Assembly: GCF_000807255.1 (NCBI RefSeq)
Contig: NZ_CP009268.1
Coordinates: 400,384 to 464,383 of the forward strand
DNA from: Clostridium pasteurianum DSM 525 = ATCC 6013
GTDB lineage: Bacteria; Bacillota; Clostridia; Clostridiales; Clostridiaceae
DNA length: 64,000 bases
Direction of reading: 5' to 3'
Of this stretch, positions 59,339 through 64,000 are shown piece by piece (the first letter of the stretch is position 1; each line of letters begins with the position of its first letter). The notes below the pieces were generated by a model. The model did no database searches. It saw nothing but the letters and a program-made list of their open reading frames with translations, and was not told the origin of the DNA. Position numbers and translations under genes: made by a program.

Positions 59339-61009
59339 GTGTTTATAATGAATAGTGATGCAGTAACTAAAAGCGCACCTAAACGTGCATTATTTCATGC
59401 ACTTGGTTTAACAAATGAAGAAATGAAAAAACCTTTAATAGGTATTGTAAGTTCTAAAAATGATATAGTTCCAGGACACATGAATTTGGACAAAGTGGTA
59501 GATGCGGTAAAACTTGGGGTGGCAATGGCAGGGGGATCACCTTTTATTTTCCCAGCTATTGCAGTATGTGATGGCTTGGCAATGGGACATCAGGGAATGA
59601 AATATTCTCTTGCTACAAGGGAATTAATTGCAGATTCTACAGAAGCTATGACATTAGCTCATGCTTTTGATGCTCTAGTTATGGTTCCAAACTGTGATAA
59701 AAATGTTCCAGGATTATTGATGGCAGCAGCCAGACTAAATATTCCAACTATATTTGTAAGCGGTGGACCAATGCTTGCAGGAAAAGTGGATGGTGAGAAA
59801 GTTAGTTTTTCCAGTGTATCTGAAGCAGATGGTGCATTTAATGCAGGAAAAATTACAGCGGAGAAATTAGAGGAATTTGAAAATAAAGCCTGTCCTACTT
59901 GCGGCTCTTGTTCTGGTATGTATACGGCTAACAGTATGAATTGCCTTACCGAAGTGCTTGGAATGGGATTGAAGGGGAATGGAACTGTCCCAGCGGTTTA
60001 TTCAGAACGTATTCAATTAGCAAAGCGTGCTGGAATGCAAATAATGGAGCTACTTAAAAAGAATATTAAGCCAAGAGATATTATGACTAAAGATGCTTTT
60101 ATAAATGCTTTGACTATGGATATGGCTTTAGGATGTAGTACAAATAGTATGCTTCATCTCCCTGCTATTGCCCATGAATGTGGTATTGAACTAAATGTGG
60201 ATATTGCAAATGAAATCAGTGAGAAAACACCTAATCTTTGTCATCTTGCACCGGCAGGGCACAATTACATTGAAGAGCTCAATGAAGCTGGCGGAATTTA
60301 TGCCGTTATGAATGAAATAAATAAATTAAGTTTACTTAAAACAGATTTGATTACATGCACAGGTAAAACTGTAGCAGAAAATATTAAAGGCTGTACTAAT
60401 AAGAATACTAAAATAATAAGACCTGTAGAAGATCCTTATAGTACAACTGGTGGAATTGCTGTATTAAAAGGTAATTTAGCACCGGATTCCTGTGTTGTAA
60501 AACGTTCTGCAGTTTCACAAGAAATGCTTAAACATGAAGGCCCCGCAAGAGTATTTGATTGTGAAGAAGATGCTATGGATGCAATAAACTTTGGTAAAAT
60601 TAAAGCTGGAGATGTAGTTGTTATTCGCTATGAAGGTCCAAAAGGAGGACCGGGCATGAGAGAAATGCTGAATCCTACTTCTGCAATTATGGGATGTGGA
60701 TTTGGTGATAGTGTGGCACTGATTACCGATGGTCGTTTTAGTGGAGCTACAAGAGGCGCAGCAATTGGACATGTATCTCCTGAAGCTGCAGTAGGAGGAA
60801 ATATTGCTTTAATAGAGGAAGGAGATATTATTCGTATTGATATTATAGCAAATAAAATAGATTTTGTAGTTAGTGATGAGGAATTGAAAAAGCGTAGAGC
60901 AAATTGGAAGCCTAGAAAACCAAAAATTACAGAAGGATATCTTTCAAGATATGCAGCTTTAGTTACATCAGGAAATAGAGGAGCGATTTTAGAAACTTTT
61001 AAATTTTAA
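59339..61009 (+). CDS. ilvD: IlvD/Edd-family dehydratase (dihydroxy-acid dehydratase-like)
   Basis: Motifs [16 protein letters not shown] (the Fe-S Cys), PNCDKNVPG and SGGPM; 556 aa. Confidence 0.8.
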   Translation: MFIMNSDAVTKSAPKRALFHALGLTNEEMKKPLIGIVSSKNDIVPGHMNLDKVVDAVKLGVAMAGGSPFIFPAIAVCDGLAMGHQGMKYSLATRELIADSTEAMTLAHAFDALVMVPNCDKNVPGLLMAAARLNIPTIFVSGGPMLAGKVDGEKVSFSSVSEADGAFNAGKITAEKLEEFENKACPTCGSCSGMYTANSMNCLTEVLGMGLKGNGTVPAVYSERIQLAKRAGMQIMELLKKNIKPRDIMTKDAFINALTMDMALGCSTNSMLHLPAIAHECGIELNVDIANEISEKTPNLCHLAPAGHNYIEELNEAGGIYAVMNEINKLSLLKTDLITCTGKTVAENIKGCTNKNTKIIRPVEDPYSTTGGIAVLKGNLAPDSCVVKRSAVSQEMLKHEGPARVFDCEEDAMDAINFGKIKAGDVVVIRYEGPKGGPGMREMLNPTSAIMGCGFGDSVALITDGRFSGATRGAAIGHVSPEAAVGGNIALIEEGDIIRIDIIANKIDFVVSDEELKKRRANWKPRKPKITEGYLSRYAALVTSGNRGAILETFKF

Positions 61010-61040
61010 TTATATATTTCAAGAGTTTAAGTTATTTTAA

Positions 61041-61100
61041 AAGAGTGCCTTACAGTGTATAAAATATATTGTAAGACACTCTTTTAATTTTTCTGATATT
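61041..61100 (+). terminator. Rho-independent terminator
   Basis: aaaagagtg-c-cttaca...tgtaag-a-cactctttt followed by a T-rich tail. Confidence 0.5.
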
Positions 61101-61455
61101 AAAAATAATTTTTAAAACTTTGTTTTTAATAAATCGATAAAGAATTTGTAATCTTAATGAATATTTATCCTGTACTAGAGAAGGGTTATTGTTAAATTAA
61201 ACTTATAGTTAAAGGATATTGTAATAAAAATTTTTTTAATCTCTATTTTTGTATTGACATCAGCTATAATTGTATTATAATAAATACCATAGTAATCTTA
61301 TAAGTTTTATATGTAATAGGAATTATATGTTTGGGGGTAATAAATTATGAAGGAGTTATGTATTAAGTCAGAATGCTTACAGGTTAGCATTTTGACGAAA
61401 GCAAAATCAAAGTAATTGTATAATTATTTTTAAATGAAAATTAGGGGGACTCTTC

Positions 61456-62514
61456 ATGAAAAAAATTAAATTCGGTATTTTAATCTCATTAATCAGTGTA
61501 CTAACATTGTCAACTTTTGCCGCATGTGGTAATAAGAATTCTGAAAACGGAACAGCAGCAAAAAATGATAATAAAAAAGCAGTAAGTCTTTTAAACGTTT
61601 CTTATGATCCAACAAGAGAATTATATGAGGAATATAATAAGGCTTTTGCAAAGCACTGGAAAGAAAAAACTGGTCAGGATGTTACTATAAAGCAATCTCA
61701 TGGTGGTTCCGGTTCACAGGGAAGGTCTATAATTCAAGGACAGGATGCAGATGTTGCCACTTTGGCTTTAGCCTATGACATAGATGCAATTCAGCAGGCT
61801 GGGTTAATAAAAGAAGGATGGCAGAAAAAACTTCCAGATAATAGTGCACCGTATACATCAACTATAGTATTTCTTGTAAGAAAGGGAAATCCTAAGAACA
61901 TAAAAGATTGGAATGATTTAACTAAACCAGGTGTTTCAATTGTAACTCCAAATCCTAAGACTTCTGGTGGAGCTAGATGGAATTATCTTGCTGCTTGGGG
62001 ATATGCCTTAAAGAAAAATAACAATGATGAAAATAAGGCTAAAGATTTCGTTAAACAGGTTTATGCAAATGTATCAGTATTGGATTCAGGAGCAAGAGGA
62101 GCTACTACAACTTTCGTTGAAAGAGGAGTAGGCGATGTGCTTATAGCTTGGGAAAATGAGGCATATCTATCTGTAAAGGAATTAGGTGCAGACAAATTTG
62201 ATATAGTTGTACCATCTATAAGTATACTTGCAGAACCACCAGTAGCTGTAGTTGATAAAGTAGTTGACAAAAAAGGTACAAGAGAAGTTTCAGAGGAATA
62301 TTTGAAATATTTATATTCTAAAGAAGGACAGGAAATAGCTGCAAAGAACTACTATCGTCCAAGAGATAAGGAAATAGCTGAAAAATATAAAGATAATTTT
62401 GCTAAAGTAGATTTATTTACAATAGATGATGTATTTGGTGGATGGACTAAGGCTCAGAAAACTCACTTTGCTGATGGCGGTACTTTTGATCAGATATATC
62501 AGCCTAAAAAATAA
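61456..62514 (+). CDS. sbp: Sulfate/thiosulfate ABC transporter substrate-binding lipoprotein
   Basis: Lipobox LSTFAACG; [15 protein letters not shown]...GGSGSQGRS is the Sbp/CysP signature. Confidence 0.85.
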   Translation: MKKIKFGILISLISVLTLSTFAACGNKNSENGTAAKNDNKKAVSLLNVSYDPTRELYEEYNKAFAKHWKEKTGQDVTIKQSHGGSGSQGRSIIQGQDADVATLALAYDIDAIQQAGLIKEGWQKKLPDNSAPYTSTIVFLVRKGNPKNIKDWNDLTKPGVSIVTPNPKTSGGARWNYLAAWGYALKKNNNDENKAKDFVKQVYANVSVLDSGARGATTTFVERGVGDVLIAWENEAYLSVKELGADKFDIVVPSISILAEPPVAVVDKVVDKKGTREVSEEYLKYLYSKEGQEIAAKNYYRPRDKEIAEKYKDNFAKVDLFTIDDVFGGWTKAQKTHFADGGTFDQIYQPKK

Positions 62515-62529
62515 TTAGATTAATAGATA

Positions 62530-62575
62530 GAATTCTTAGATTTAGTAATTGATTTTACTAAATCTAAGAATTCAT
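62530..62575 (+). terminator. Rho-independent terminator (19-bp perfect stem) / attenuator between sbp and cysT
   Basis: gaattcttagatttagtaa-ttgatt-ttactaaatctaagaattc. Confidence 0.55.
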
Positions 62576-62923
62576 TGTATAATTTCTAAAAGTTTTATTA
62601 TATAATTATAGAAATTATATAAGATATGAATTTATAAGATTAAATACACACTATTATAGTATGCATATATCTTTAATTTATGGGTTTATTAGTTATAACT
62701 TATTTATACATTTTTATTGGGTTTATTTTATGGGAGAGATTTAAATATAAATTTATTTTAAGAATTCATTAGAAATTCTACAGTTATTGAGTATTATATA
62801 AATTATTATAGAGAGTGCTGTAGTGAATATTTTACCTTTTGGATTTTGGAAGTAAAATACTTAAGCGGCTGTTTGGGGAGTAAATATAAGATATAAGGCA
62901 AAAAAGATAGGGGGGTACAATAA

Positions 62924-63742
62924 GTGGCTAAGAAGACAAAGGTTATTCCTGGGTTTGGTATATCCATGGGTTTAGCTATTTTATATTTGAGTTTAATAGT
63001 TTTAATTCCACTTAGTACGGTAGTAATTCAAACCACTGAAATGGGTTTTGGAGAATTCCTTAAAGTGGTGACAAATCCAAGGACAATAGCATCCTATAAG
63101 GTCAGTTTTGGTTGCGCACTGTTAGCAGCTGCCATAGATTCAGTATTTGGGTTAATTATTGCTTGGGTTCTAGTAAGATATAAGTTTCCATTTAAGAGAC
63201 TTTTAGATGGATGTATAGATTTACCTTTTGCATTGCCTACTGCAGTTGCAGGTATTTCACTTACAACACTTTATTCAACAAAGGGATGGCTTGGGTCTAT
63301 ATTAGCTAAGTTTGGTATACAGGGCTCTTTTTCAACCTTTGGAATTACTATAGCATTGATGTTTATAGGTATACCTTTTATTGTACGTACGGTGCAGCCG
63401 GTTTTAGAAGATTTAGATGAAAGTATAGAAGAAGCAGCTTCTATTTTAGGGGCTTCCAGAATTCAGACCTTTATTAAAGTAATATTTCCTCAGCTTATTG
63501 CACCTCTATTGACAGGATTTTCACTTGCATTTGCAAGGGGGATAGGTGAGTATGGATCTGTAGTGTTTATTGCAGGAAATAAGCCTATGAAAACAGAAAT
63601 AGCACCACTTTTAATAATGACCAAGCTTGAACAGTTTGACTATCCAGGGGCTACATCCATAGCATTAGTAATGCTTATATTTTCATTTTTCATGTTGTTT
63701 GTTATAAATTTAATTCAATGGAGAGCCAATAAGTATAGATAG
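62924..63742 (+). CDS. cysT: Sulfate ABC transporter permease CysT
   Basis: 6 transmembrane segments; the EAA-like motif region of a type I importer permease. Confidence 0.8.
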   Translation: MAKKTKVIPGFGISMGLAILYLSLIVLIPLSTVVIQTTEMGFGEFLKVVTNPRTIASYKVSFGCALLAAAIDSVFGLIIAWVLVRYKFPFKRLLDGCIDLPFALPTAVAGISLTTLYSTKGWLGSILAKFGIQGSFSTFGITIALMFIGIPFIVRTVQPVLEDLDESIEEAASILGASRIQTFIKVIFPQLIAPLLTGFSLAFARGIGEYGSVVFIAGNKPMKTEIAPLLIMTKLEQFDYPGATSIALVMLIFSFFMLFVINLIQWRANKYR

Positions 63743-63754
63743 GGAGTGATAAAA

Positions 63755-64000
63755 TTGGAAAAAGAATATTATACAAAATCCAAAGTGATTAAGTTTTTAC
63801 TTATAGGTATAACTGTATTATTTCTATTTATAATGCTTGGAATGCCATTGATATTAATATTTACCGAGGCCTTTAGAAAAGGTAAAGAGGCTTACATAGC
63901 TGCTATTACAGATCCAAACACTCTTGCTGCTGTAAAACTTACATTAATAGCTTCTGGAGTAGCTGTTGTTTTAAATACTATATTTGGAACTATAACTGCT
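63755..64000 (+). CDS. cysW: Sulfate ABC transporter permease CysW (3'-truncated by the window edge)
   Basis: Position after cysT; hydrophobic N-terminus; TTG start after the RBS GGGAGTG. Confidence 0.55.
   Translation, partial: MEKEYYTKSKVIKFLLIGITVLFLFIMLGMPLILIFTEAFRKGKEAYIAAITDPNTLAAVKLTLIASGVAVVLNTIFGTITA

Noticed and set aside
61100-61455. T-box or S-box riboswitch upstream of the sulfate transporter
   Set aside because: I could not find the T-box AATTAGGGTGGTACCGCG-like core or the S-box conserved helices; only an ordinary hairpin (aatgcttacaggttagcatt) and a spurious 22-codon ORF.
1-64000. CRISPR array
   Set aside because: No run of regularly spaced direct repeats of 24-40 nt was seen anywhere in the window. 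The only repeated DNA is the two-copy 235-bp element and the short motifs described above.

Overview
The window is AT-rich (about 28-30% GC by eye), with Clostridium-like codon usage and AGGAGG-type ribosome-binding sites. It is mostly strand-mixed housekeeping and accessory metabolism with several insertion-sequence scars. From the left the core content runs as follows. A PurH-like AICAR-transformylase C-terminus is followed by a YidC insertase. Three TetR regulators sit with candidate operator palindromes, two of them paired with MFS or other efflux genes. A cytoplasmic DMSO-reductase-family operon (dmsA-like, dmsB-like, TorD-like chaperone) lies convergent with hcp, the hybrid-cluster protein; its catalytic subunit carries an in-frame TGA. 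A levan locus holds a GH68 levansucrase and a GH32 levanase, with a second secreted GH32 about 24 kb away. An XRE-def pair follows, then two ABC-2 exporter plus two-component-system modules; the second is LanFEG/Cpr-like and sits behind a TetR and a radical-SAM/SPASM gene. The right end carries clpP, an ECF sigma factor with a DUF4179 anti-sigma partner, GntR-ilvD, and the start of a sulfate ABC importer (sbp-cysT-cysW). Mobile DNA comprises an intact IS3-family element (OrfA/OrfB with an A7G slippery site) and remnants of IS605 tnpB, an IS630 transposase and an Rpn/Transposase_31 gene. A roughly 230 bp GC-rich structured repeat is present in two full copies plus fragments. The most interesting region is an apparent accessory island at about 26.4-37.8 kb, bounded by the IS630 remnant and an ftsW/rodA gene fragment. 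It contains, all co-oriented on the minus strand, an RtcB RNA ligase, an SPFH/band-7 protein and a 560-aa HEAT/PBS-lyase-repeat protein. Downstream of rtcB is a roughly 50-nt element with a canonical tRNA T-arm, a closed acceptor-like hairpin and a D-arm in permuted order (T, hairpin, D); that order is the architecture reported for bacterial Y-RNA (YrlA-like) tRNA mimics. Two tandem WYL-domain (PafBC-like) regulators are divergently transcribed from rtcB. I propose this as a candidate RNA-damage/repair conflict module that has not been described in this configuration. All calls come from reading the sequence and from motif recall, and no database search was possible.
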